Part shown: positions 36,044 through 47,986 of the stretch, piece by piece | Layout: the number at the start of each line of letters is the position of its first letter | Numbering within the stretch: position 1 is the stretch's first letter | IMG/VR virus record: IMGVR_UViG_3300027766_000001 | Origin: a virus | Lineage: Duplodnaviria > Caudoviricetes | DNA length: 64,000 nucleotides | Reading direction: 5' to 3' (one strand) | Translations under genes and position numbers: made by a program | Notes under the pieces: model-generated | Told to the model about the DNA's origin: nothing | The model's database searches: none | What the model saw: the letters and a program-made list of their open reading frames with translations, nothing else

Positions 36044-37387
36044 GTGGAAATGCGCAATCTGCTTTTAGACATGGCGCTTTCCACTGGACTGGAGGAGCTT
36101 AATGCTCCTCCTGTTTCCGATGTGGGTCCGTCATCAATCAACGATTTAATTGTAGCAGAAACAAACCTGGCACGAGCAACCACTTTGGTGACTCAGGCCG
36201 ACACTGATGTCAGTGAAGCAAAATCAAACCTCGCCGATCTGACCCGTCTGGCCACAGGGCTGGAAGGGTTGATGATCGAGGTTGCTCAGGTTGAAAATCC
36301 AGCTGGTCCGTCTGAAGATGAACTCGCGGCTTTGCGTGTCTCGGCTATGGCGGTGCGTCGTGAGTTCCTGAGTCGCGATCAACGCCGTGTGGTCGATAAC
36401 ATCGCAGAAGGACGCCTGGAAGGTTCAGTTGAAGGTCTGGGCGATATCATTAAAAATGTCTCCACCAAACTGGGCTTTGCTATTGGTAACTTCTGGGATG
36501 GCGTTAAACGCACCATGGGGACCAGTAAACAGACCACTCAACGTGCAGGCGCACTCATTGATGACCTGACGCGTCGTGTCCAGGGTCTGCCTGATATCGA
36601 GTATTCGACCAAGCTTGAGAAAGCGCAAGCCCTGGCGGTTACGTTGGGTAAACAGGTTGACCTTCGTGGTTCTCTGGCTGACATCGTTCCGGCAACTGAT
36701 GATTGGTATCGCCGTAACATCAATCTGCTGATAGACAAAATTGGTGTGCTGAGCACGGACATTGAAACCGTGTTAAACACCACCACTGAGGATGGCTTCA
36801 ATGCAGCCACTGCTGCGGTGTTGCCTCACCTGACAGTGCCGACCCCGGAGTCTGTGACTGTTTCGACCGGCGTGGCCAACGGTAAGCACTTTACCTTTGA
36901 CGTGTTTGACATTCACGAATCAGCATCTGGTCGCACCCTTGCTGCGTATATTGCACGCCCTGAGCGTAATGCGCAAATCGGTAGCGGGTACTTCGATGTG
37001 GCCAATGCGGTAAGCGTATCCTTTATGGATCTGTGTAATGTCCGTAAACCTAATCCAACCCCGACCACTGTGACCCTGACCAAAGCAGAGATGCTGAACG
37101 GTCTGGCTCAGCTGCGTCAGGCGGTAGGAAACATCGATGCTTACCTCAATCAGATGGATGTGGTGTACAAAGCGTACAACACGTATCAGACGTCGATTCG
37201 TCCGTACGACAGCTTCATCAAAAATGCATGGGTCAGTAAGAACGTGCAGGCTCAGGTCTCTGCTCATGCAGGTGCGATCCTGTCGCTGTTCGAAATGACA
37301 ATCCTCCCTACTGCCAGCACGTTAGCCCTTATCACGGATATGGCCGGCGTTATTAAAACACTTGTGTACAGCTCTGACCTGAGCTAA
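36044..37387 (+). CDS. inner head protein paralog
   Basis: TGLE-EL, GLE-GL, SVE-GLG sites. Confidence 0.75.
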   Translation: MEMRNLLLDMALSTGLEELNAPPVSDVGPSSINDLIVAETNLARATTLVTQADTDVSEAKSNLADLTRLATGLEGLMIEVAQVENPAGPSEDELAALRVSAMAVRREFLSRDQRRVVDNIAEGRLEGSVEGLGDIIKNVSTKLGFAIGNFWDGVKRTMGTSKQTTQRAGALIDDLTRRVQGLPDIEYSTKLEKAQALAVTLGKQVDLRGSLADIVPATDDWYRRNINLLIDKIGVLSTDIETVLNTTTEDGFNAATAAVLPHLTVPTPESVTVSTGVANGKHFTFDVFDIHESASGRTLAAYIARPERNAQIGSGYFDVANAVSVSFMDLCNVRKPNPTPTTVTLTKAEMLNGLAQLRQAVGNIDAYLNQMDVVYKAYNTYQTSIRPYDSFIKNAWVSKNVQAQVSAHAGAILSLFEMTILPTASTLALITDMAGVIKTLVYSSDLS

Positions 37388-37398
37388 AGGAAAACACG

Positions 37399-38862
37399 AT
37401 GTCTGAAATGTCAGCGCTTTTGTTTGGCATTGGGAACGAGGCTTTTGAGGAGCCTCTTCCTGTTTCTACCGGTTATGTTCCTGAAGCGGTTGATCACACA
37501 GAGTTGGTCAACGCTGATGATGCCATGCGTGCTTCAGACGCTGAACTCAGTGACCAGATGGATAAGGTGCGTAAATTGACGGATGCGGTTGCGTATGCAC
37601 GGGATGTGCGGGATACCATCACTGAGGTGGAAGCTCGTGAACTTCGGTCTCGTGTGATTGCGGTATTGGGTGATGATGCCGGTCCTCGCCTGATGGGGTC
37701 GATGGAAAGCTATAATGGACCATTGGCCGGTCAGCTGTTGGATGCGGGGCTTGAAGGGATCGGAAGTATGTTGCGCACCGCACTGGCTGCGCTGATCAAA
37801 CTGATCCGGACGGGTTTTCGTATCATGATGCAATTCATCACCTCTGCGAAGCTGGTGCTGGGGCGTCAGTTAAAAGCCTTGGGTGAACTGCGTCGGGCAA
37901 CCAACGATAAGCTGGAAGGCTGGGAAGAGTTTCAAATCAGTTGGGGTAACAACAGCGGCTTGTCTATTAAGACCGGTCCTGGTTCGGCAAGTGGGATTAC
38001 TCCCATTACACCTATCACCCCAATTACTCCAATCACGCCGATCACACCCATTACACCTATCAGTCCGATCGGTGGGCGTCCTAAGCAGTTGTCTCCAGCG
38101 TATGCCCGTCTGTTGGCAATGACTGAAGGGAACGTGCTGAAAGCACCTGACAACGTGTCAGCTGCACTGCGTAACACAGCAAGGATCATGAAGTCTGCAG
38201 TTATCCCAACTGTTGATGGCGTGAACCGTCATTTCGCTGCAGTGCTCGATATGCTGGAAGATGCAGATCGCATGGACATGGATCAGCGTTACAAAGCTGT
38301 GAACCAGTTGGCTTACGATAAGTTCCTGCCAATGAATGCACTGTTGGTTGGACGTGAGTCGAACAAGTTCGGTACACTGTTAAGCACCACCCCGGTGTTA
38401 GGTGATTATGAGTTGCGTATGTCGATCAGTCCATTGAACCTGGTAACGGGTCATGCTGACAACATGGGTGATAAAGAAGGTGCGTTACGTAACCTGGGAT
38501 TGACCTCTATCAATTTCAGCCGTACTGCGAAATCATCCGACACAGGCACGCCGGTGTTCACCTCACTGTCACGTCAGGAAGCCCTGCTGTCTATTGCCAG
38601 CGTTGAGGACTTACTGAAGACCGTTATCGATTACGGTCTGGATACCACTGCGGCTAGACTGGGTAGTGAAGCAGACAAAGTAGCAACGCGTGTCCTTCCC
38701 CGTTTAACCGACGGGCGTGATGATGCCTTTACTACGCAGATGACCGTTGCCATTGGTACGTTGTCTCGTCTGACCAACATGCTGCCACAGTCGGTGGTAT
38801 CGTATACCAACAACTTGACTAATGCTGTGAAGCAGTACGTCGAAATCAGCGCTCAGCTGTAA
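37399..38862 (+). CDS. inner head protein paralog with (ITP)7 insertion
   Basis: GNE-AF, SME-SY, GLE-GI sites. Confidence 0.75.
   Translation: MSEMSALLFGIGNEAFEEPLPVSTGYVPEAVDHTELVNADDAMRASDAELSDQMDKVRKLTDAVAYARDVRDTITEVEARELRSRVIAVLGDDAGPRLMGSMESYNGPLAGQLLDAGLEGIGSMLRTALAALIKLIRTGFRIMMQFITSAKLVLGRQLKALGELRRATNDKLEGWEEFQISWGNNSGLSIKTGPGSASGITPITPITPITPITPITPITPISPIGGRPKQLSPAYARLLAMTEGNVLKAPDNVSAALRNTARIMKSAVIPTVDGVNRHFAAVLDMLEDADRMDMDQRYKAVNQLAYDKFLPMNALLVGRESNKFGTLLSTTPVLGDYELRMSISPLNLVTGHADNMGDKEGALRNLGLTSINFSRTAKSSDTGTPVFTSLSRQEALLSIASVEDLLKTVIDYGLDTTAARLGSEADKVATRVLPRLTDGRDDAFTTQMTVAIGTLSRLTNMLPQSVVSYTNNLTNAVKQYVEISAQL
37996..38070 (+). repeat. in-frame (Ile-Thr-Pro)7-Ile-Ser-Pro-Ile repeat
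   Basis: ATT ACT CCC / ATT ACA CCT / ATC ACC CCA / ATT ACT CCA / ATC ACG CCG / ATC ACA CCC / ATT ACA CCT / ATC AGT CCG. Confidence 0.95.
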
Positions 38863-38893
38863 AACACGAGTAACCATCGTCTTTAACTCATTA

Positions 38894-38897
38894 TATG
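38894..38897 (+). promoter_or_regulatory. putative late promoter core TATG
   Basis: In the AT-rich gap upstream of the 38967 head gene; a 4-mer alone is weak evidence. Confidence 0.35.
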
Positions 38898-38966
38898 TAC
38901 CACCCGTGCTGGTACCACGGGTTATTGACGATGCGTTATTTCATGAAATAATACGGAGTACGACAG

Positions 38967-40433
38967 ATGAATTTACTCGATCAACTCCTGCTTGATGCAG
39001 GTAACGAAGCATTCGATGAGACCCCGCCTGCAGCAGTAGAACCTGTTGTACCGGTGGTTGAGCCAGTTGTGCCTGTTGAAGAGCCACAGCCGGAAGATGC
39101 GGGTGCTCTCGCTGCTGCGATTGCAGTTGTGGCTGAGCTGGAAGCAGAACGCGACTACGAGCAGGGTAATACCCGTATTGCTCAGCTGGACAGCGAACTG
39201 GCAAGTGAAGAGCGCGCTGTAGAAAGCGCAAGCGCTGCAGTAGCTCACATTGAGCAGGTGCAGGCTGGTCTGGAACACTTCATCGAAGTGGGTTCTATCT
39301 CTGCGAAAACTGCAGGTCTGCTGCAGGATCAGATTAACCATGCCATGGGCACTCTCGGTAAATCTGGTCTGACCGTAACCAGCGGTGGTCTCGAAGCGTT
39401 CGGTGATGATCCGGACCAGATGCTGGTCGTTCTCTCTGCTGGCCTGAATGCGCTGGACGAAGAGAAGAAAGGCCTGGGTGAGCGTGCGAAGAATGCTGTG
39501 AAAGGTGTTCTGGGTACGATTGCTAAATTCGCTGCTGAGATCCTGAACCAGGCTAAACGTCACGAAGCGAAAGCGACTGAGCTTGAAGCGGCCATCAAAG
39601 GCAAACCTGAGAAAGAAGTGAAGATCTCCAGCCAGGCGCTGATGGTCGGCAAAGAATTCTCGAAAGACATTGCTGGCGACCTGAACAAGTTCAAAGACAA
39701 ACTGGTGAAAGGTTCCGCGACTGCTATGCAGGATCGCAGCAACTGGTTCTTCAAAGCCCTGCCAGGTATCATCGCTGACATCAATGGCGCTGAAACGGCT
39801 GACGCAGCTGTGGCTGCTGCGGCGAAACTGCAGATCCCTGCGATCAAAGGTGTGACCGTATCGGTTAAAGACGAAGATGGCATGAGCCTGAAACGTTCTG
39901 ACGTGGTACTGGGTAACTACGCTCTGTTCGAAATGGCGACCAAAGCACCGGCTCCGACCGACACTGCTTCTGCCATTGCGTTCCTGCGTGCTGCATCAAA
40001 AGCGCGTGTGTCTATCAAGCGCGCTGGCGTACCTGCGCCGGAAGCACTGACTGTGACCCTGGGCGAAGCACAAGCGGCTAAAATTCTGGGTGCAGTAAAA
40101 GGCGTGCTGACCGAGACCACTGCGCTGAAAGGTATCATTGATACCATCAGCAAACAGTCTCTGGAACTTGATGCCAACGGTAAAGGCGATGGCGATAAAG
40201 ATGTGCGTAAAATCGCATCTGCTGCCTCTGCTCTGCCTGACGGTCTGGTGGATACCGTATCTCAGCTGCCGCGTACTGCTACGCGCGCTGCCATGGATGT
40301 GGTTGAAGCTTCTCTGGCTGTGGTCTCTTCTTTCGCTAAAGGTGGCAAAGCTGATAAAGCTGAGAAACCTCAGAAAGACGAAGCGAAGAAAGACGAAAAG
40401 CCAGCTGACGACAAGTCTGGTGACGCTGAGTAA
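38967..40433 (+). CDS. inner head protein paralog (probably abundant)
   Basis: GNE-AF, GLE-HF, GLE-AF sites; strongly biased codons; charged C-terminal tail. Confidence 0.8.
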   Translation: MNLLDQLLLDAGNEAFDETPPAAVEPVVPVVEPVVPVEEPQPEDAGALAAAIAVVAELEAERDYEQGNTRIAQLDSELASEERAVESASAAVAHIEQVQAGLEHFIEVGSISAKTAGLLQDQINHAMGTLGKSGLTVTSGGLEAFGDDPDQMLVVLSAGLNALDEEKKGLGERAKNAVKGVLGTIAKFAAEILNQAKRHEAKATELEAAIKGKPEKEVKISSQALMVGKEFSKDIAGDLNKFKDKLVKGSATAMQDRSNWFFKALPGIIADINGAETADAAVAAAAKLQIPAIKGVTVSVKDEDGMSLKRSDVVLGNYALFEMATKAPAPTDTASAIAFLRAASKARVSIKRAGVPAPEALTVTLGEAQAAKILGAVKGVLTETTALKGIIDTISKQSLELDANGKGDGDKDVRKIASAASALPDGLVDTVSQLPRTATRAAMDVVEASLAVVSSFAKGGKADKAEKPQKDEAKKDEKPADDKSGDAE

Positions 40434-40455
40434 GCCTGTCATTAACTAATACTGG

Positions 40456-40486
40456 GGGAGGGGGTTTCCCCTCTCCCTTTATTCCG
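40456..40486 (+). terminator. intrinsic terminator (variant tail TTTATTCCG)
   Basis: GGGAGGGG-GTTT-CCCCTCTCCC TTTATTCCG. Confidence 0.75.
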
Positions 40487-40503
40487 CCCTAATAGGTGAA
40501 ACC

Positions 40504-42825
40504 ATGAGTGACGGACTATCCTTGGGTGTTCAACACCAAATGCTGGTTGCGGAGTATTCTCCTCAGGTAGCAGACAAACACCAGGCGATTGATGACATTA
40601 CTGAAAAGCTGAGCGATGAGGCTCTCGATCTGTCAGACGGTAATGAAGCATTGGTGATGATTGCGGCCCATGCGCCAGAATCAGTGCCCAGTGATCTGGA
40701 GTTGGAAGTGTTGCTGCAACGGGTGAAAGACACCGTGCTGGCATACATGGAGACTCATGCGGGGACGACGCTGAACGTTGAGCGTAATGATCCGCTGGTT
40801 GACGTAGGTCTGGAAGACTACAAACAAACCCTGATTATGATCAAAGACCGGGTGATCAAAGCCCTGCGTTGGATCGGTAAACAAATCGTGTCGGCGTATA
40901 AGCGCCTGAGCGACCGTCTGGGGCGTTTATCCATGCGCATGATGTATGTCGAGCGTAAGGTAGATTCATCCACTGACAATGCGTTACCGGGCGATATGTG
41001 CGCACTCCCTGCATCAGCGGCGATGTTGTCGTTGTTAGGAAAGGCGCCACAGAACGCCGCAGAGGTAATGAACGCGGTCAACAAAGTGAAGTGGTTGTTC
41101 ACTACAGTGCACAACGACTATAACTTGTACCAGCAAAGTTTCAAGCGTGCGATCGACGGCGGGACACGTGCAGATGCCTTGTCCTCGATTCAGGACTTCA
41201 TGCGTCATTTAAGCAGTCGTCTGAATGCGCGTGTGGATTCACAGCGTAACGGTCACGAAGTCTTTAACCAGTTACCGAACGGGTATATTGTTGAGATTGC
41301 CACCGGTGATTCCTTTACGGATTGCTGGGCGACCATTAACCGCACCAGTGTGGTTAACGTGTCAGGTGAAATGACCCGCCGTGCGGATCGTGCGAGTCTG
41401 TCCCGTTTAACCAGTGAGTTGCGTAACTTCCTCAAAGTGATCAACGAACTGTATGGGAAAGTGGGCAGTCGTCTGACCACGGATTTCCGTAACATCACAC
41501 GCGATGCTGAGAAAGGCATTATGGGTGATGACGCCGATGCCCGTGCCATTGAAGCGACTATCAACTGGTACACTGAGCAGCAAAACCGTCTGTTCTATCG
41601 CAGCATGGTAATGGGGTGTTCGGTGATCTCTGCCGCACTCGATTATTGTGACATGTCTTTGCGTAAGCCCGGTACCGGTAATGAAGGGTACGTGGGCAAG
41701 AACAGCGGTGATGATGACGATGACGACGATGCACCAGTAACCGCAAGCAGCAATGTGGGTCAACTGGATACGTTGTTCCAGATCCGTCAGTATATGCTGG
41801 CAAACACGTCGGTGAATCTGCAGAAAGTCAGCGCTGCCTTAGAGGCCTTTAATACGGCTGATGAAGCAGACCAGTCAGTTGCCAAACTCATGACCCTTGA
41901 CTTGGCGCCTCTGCGTCAGACTCTGGGTGATCTGGGTTACAATCACTGGGTGTGGGATAGCAATCCCAATATGGACAGTTCATACTCACCGTGTCTTAAG
42001 GACGCGCTGCGTTGTGCTGACACGGAGCTCGATGCTTTCAGTAATGGACAACTGGAGGAGTTCAAAGCCCTAATTGAAATACACTCACTCAACACGCCAA
42101 CGGCTCGACGGGTCATGACGCGTGAAGGGTATTTAGGCGACAACGGTTATGTTCAGTATCTACTTAGTGATGGCCGAGTTCCGACGAATAGCGCTGGCGT
42201 CTGGGAAGGGGCCGCTAATGGCGTTGATACTCTTGGTACTGTACTTTCAAACCTTAGGGAGCGTACCCAACTGGTTGCGGGAAGTCTTACGGATAGCGAT
42301 ATCCTTGTAAGTAACCTGTATGATGCGTGTTCACAAGACACGCTACGAGAGTTTGCAGAAGCCGGAGACCTCCAACGTTTCACAGGCGGGTTCCATGTAA
42401 AAGGCTTGGCCGGCAGTTCCGCGTTTGGACCTGTGGTGGTTTACCGGGCAGGGTTAAGCGACTACGGTGACTTGACGAATGCAGCGATTACCGCCGGGTT
42501 CCCAATTTGCGATGCTGACACCAATGAGTTGATGTCTGACTTGTTGGCGAAACTTGCAGCGATGGACAAAACGTTTTGTGTGATCTGGGGTGAGCTTAAC
42601 CAGGTTATGCAACGTGCACGCAGTGTGCAGAACATCCTGGCAGACAGCATGGCAACGTGTAACGACGGGAAAGCCGATCAGTGGATCATGGACGGGGTGA
42701 ACTATCTCAACCTGCTGCTGAGCGAGCTGCGTTGGCAGAACCGCTTACTGCGTGATCTGGCGCTCTACCGTCAGGGTCTGGTATTGGCCATCGATCTCTA
42801 TCAACACTGGGGAGGGTTTAAATGA
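40504..42825 (+). CDS. inner head protein paralog with a second internal module (possible polyprotein)
   Basis: GNE-AL, GLE-DY at the N-terminus; internal GNE-GY, D7 tract, ALE-AF. Confidence 0.7.
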   Translation: MSDGLSLGVQHQMLVAEYSPQVADKHQAIDDITEKLSDEALDLSDGNEALVMIAAHAPESVPSDLELEVLLQRVKDTVLAYMETHAGTTLNVERNDPLVDVGLEDYKQTLIMIKDRVIKALRWIGKQIVSAYKRLSDRLGRLSMRMMYVERKVDSSTDNALPGDMCALPASAAMLSLLGKAPQNAAEVMNAVNKVKWLFTTVHNDYNLYQQSFKRAIDGGTRADALSSIQDFMRHLSSRLNARVDSQRNGHEVFNQLPNGYIVEIATGDSFTDCWATINRTSVVNVSGEMTRRADRASLSRLTSELRNFLKVINELYGKVGSRLTTDFRNITRDAEKGIMGDDADARAIEATINWYTEQQNRLFYRSMVMGCSVISAALDYCDMSLRKPGTGNEGYVGKNSGDDDDDDDAPVTASSNVGQLDTLFQIRQYMLANTSVNLQKVSAALEAFNTADEADQSVAKLMTLDLAPLRQTLGDLGYNHWVWDSNPNMDSSYSPCLKDALRCADTELDAFSNGQLEEFKALIEIHSLNTPTARRVMTREGYLGDNGYVQYLLSDGRVPTNSAGVWEGAANGVDTLGTVLSNLRERTQLVAGSLTDSDILVSNLYDACSQDTLREFAEAGDLQRFTGGFHVKGLAGSSAFGPVVVYRAGLSDYGDLTNAAITAGFPICDADTNELMSDLLAKLAAMDKTFCVIWGELNQVMQRARSVQNILADSMATCNDGKADQWIMDGVNYLNLLLSELRWQNRLLRDLALYRQGLVLAIDLYQHWGGFK

Positions 42826-43136
42826 AACCGGCTAAGCTTCCCTATTTGTACGAGTATCCGTTTGACTTTACACCGTATGCCCGTGTTCTCGCTGATCAAG
42901 TCGTAGGTCAAGCACCTACTGCGGAATTGGCGCAAGCATTGGCTGCGGTATCAGGTCACCCGTGGACCCTGGACTTTCAGAAAGCGTTTACGCTCTATGG
43001 GGCTCGGGTATTCTACCGTGGACCGAACCAGGCGGAGTTTGCAACCAGCAGTCGGTTTAAGTACTGCATCGGGGTTCAGCTGAGTACGTATTACTTTAGC
43101 AAGAAACTCTATCTGGTATTCAACGTGATTGATTGA
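42822..43136 (+). CDS. small putative virion protein
   Basis: ATGA overlap with GGAGG SD; W-TL...LYGARVFY.G.N pattern recalled from phiKZ-like virion proteins. Confidence 0.55.
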   Translation: MKPAKLPYLYEYPFDFTPYARVLADQVVGQAPTAELAQALAAVSGHPWTLDFQKAFTLYGARVFYRGPNQAEFATSSRFKYCIGVQLSTYYFSKKLYLVFNVID

Positions 43137-43137
43137 T

Positions 43138-43198
43138 CGGCATAAAAAGGTGTTTCCTTCCCTTTGCGGGGAAGGAAACCCTTTATGTAGTTATGCCG
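43138..43198. terminator. bidirectional terminator with CGGCATAAA/TTATGCCG arms
   Basis: GGTGTTTCCTTCCC-TTTGC-GGGGAAGGAAACC between convergent genes. Confidence 0.85.
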
Positions 43199-43200
43199 GT

Positions 43201-43878
43201 TTATTCTTCAACGAAGCTGTTAGGCAGGGTAGGTAACTTATCACCCACTTTCAGCGCATTAACACCGTCTTTGAATTCCCAGTAACGTTTGTAAGCAGCA
43301 TCGATGCCAGAGAACAACCCCAGCATGTTCGTGATGATCTCGTCAGGGGTCAACGAGACAAACGTATTTTCGTAGGTACGGATGGCCACAGCGTCTTCCT
43401 GACCCGCTGCTTTACGCAGTTGAGCCACTTGAAACACGCCCAGCCAGTTTGGACGATCCTTGTCACCTGCTTGCAGATGGTACGTAATAGTCGCGCCGTC
43501 GACTTCTTTCTGGAACGGCAGACCAATAGACAGTTCAGTTTCAACCAGACTCAGTGCATCACTTAACAGCTTCGCACGGGTATCGTTGAACTTGATACTT
43601 GGATCCGATTCGGTAATGACCCAAGTCTGGTACCACTCGCCGTCTTCACGCAGCTCAGGTTCACCCTGCACCACTGAATCACCTTCCGGCTGTTGCACCG
43701 CATTGACCAGCGCATAACCATAGCTTGCGAGCTTATCAACCGGCAGCGTATCAGACGAGAAGATGGTCTGCTGGTTATCGGCACGCAGGTTACGGTAGTA
43801 ACGCGGGTACTCTTTTGTATCAAGCTTAATCAGCGGTGTAGAACCATTGATTACGCTTACAGAAGTGGTTTCGCTCAT
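43201..43878 (-). CDS. tail-fibre-associated protein (DUF4376-like C-terminus)
   Basis: YP....LR..N, G.W.QTW N-terminal motif; IRTYENTFVSLTPDE C-terminal pattern; directly downstream of the fibre gene. Confidence 0.6.
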   Translation of the reverse strand: MSETTSVSVINGSTPLIKLDTKEYPRYYRNLRADNQQTIFSSDTLPVDKLASYGYALVNAVQQPEGDSVVQGEPELREDGEWYQTWVITESDPSIKFNDTRAKLLSDALSLVETELSIGLPFQKEVDGATITYHLQAGDKDRPNWLGVFQVAQLRKAAGQEDAVAIRTYENTFVSLTPDEIITNMLGLFSGIDAAYKRYWEFKDGVNALKVGDKLPTLPNSFVEE

Positions 43879-43894
43879 AGCGTCCTCAATATCA

Positions 43895-43936
43895 CAAAAA
43901 GAAAGGGCTGGATAGAAAGGGGCCGAAGCCCCCGTC
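43895..43936 (-). terminator. terminator/attenuator between fibre and chaperone genes
   Basis: Minus strand AGACGGGGGC-TTCG-GCCCCTTTCT then CCCTTTCTTTTT. Confidence 0.55.
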
Positions 43937-43938
43937 TA

Positions 43939-47325
<3,387 letters not shown>

Positions 47326-47350
47326 TACAGTACCTTATTGATGTGTGTTA

Positions 47351-47872
47351 TTAAGAAGCTTCGACAACTAAATATTTACCGTCTTCGGTTGTCAGGGCGA
47401 AGTCATTCTCGGTCATGATGGCACCCGCTGGTGTACCAATGATTGCAACAGTTACTTGACCTTCCCACGCACGCGACCGGTTAGTCACGATAGTGTAAAT
47501 AATGTTGCCATCCTGATCGAGGTTGTCGGGGTCAATGGGATTGGCTACCACTTCGGTAGGATCCAGCATTACCCCGTAACGTTCGTTGAATGCGGCAAGC
47601 ACATCTGCAACGCCTTGCAGACTCGCCACGGTGAGCACCACTTTAAACCGGAACAGCGACTCCAGGTTCAAGCGGTTGAAATTTGCTAATACACTGCCAA
47701 CGTACCCGCCACCAGGAATCGCCAGAATCGGGAGATTGGTATCTCCGTTAACCGGATTCAATACCTGATCAGGTGTGCCGAATCGGACTTGGGCAAGCGT
47801 TAACGAGGTCTTATTGTCCTTATTAAGCTGCTCAAGAATGATCTGGTCCGATGGCTGTTTCAGGATGGTCAT
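47351..47872 (-). CDS. virion structural protein, fibre/baseplate associated
   Basis: ATG 47872 with AGGAG SD preferred over 47938; C-terminal MTENDFALTTEDGKYLVVE anchor-like motif. Confidence 0.6.
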   Translation of the reverse strand: MTILKQPSDQIILEQLNKDNKTSLTLAQVRFGTPDQVLNPVNGDTNLPILAIPGGGYVGSVLANFNRLNLESLFRFKVVLTVASLQGVADVLAAFNERYGVMLDPTEVVANPIDPDNLDQDGNIIYTIVTNRSRAWEGQVTVAIIGTPAGAIMTENDFALTTEDGKYLVVEAS

Positions 47873-47986
47873 ACAAGGTCTCCTAAACGCCGGTTTCGAT
47901 TGATCATAGTATATTTTAAAAAATACATAACCGAACAATAAAGTGATGCCGAAATCGTATAGTCTTCTACTTTACTGGGGTTGTGT

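Noticed and set aside
37996-38070. Tandem repeat considered as a CRISPR-like or contingency (slippage) locus
   Set aside because: The units are not identical at DNA level, have no spacers and keep the reading frame; it is a protein-level repeat.
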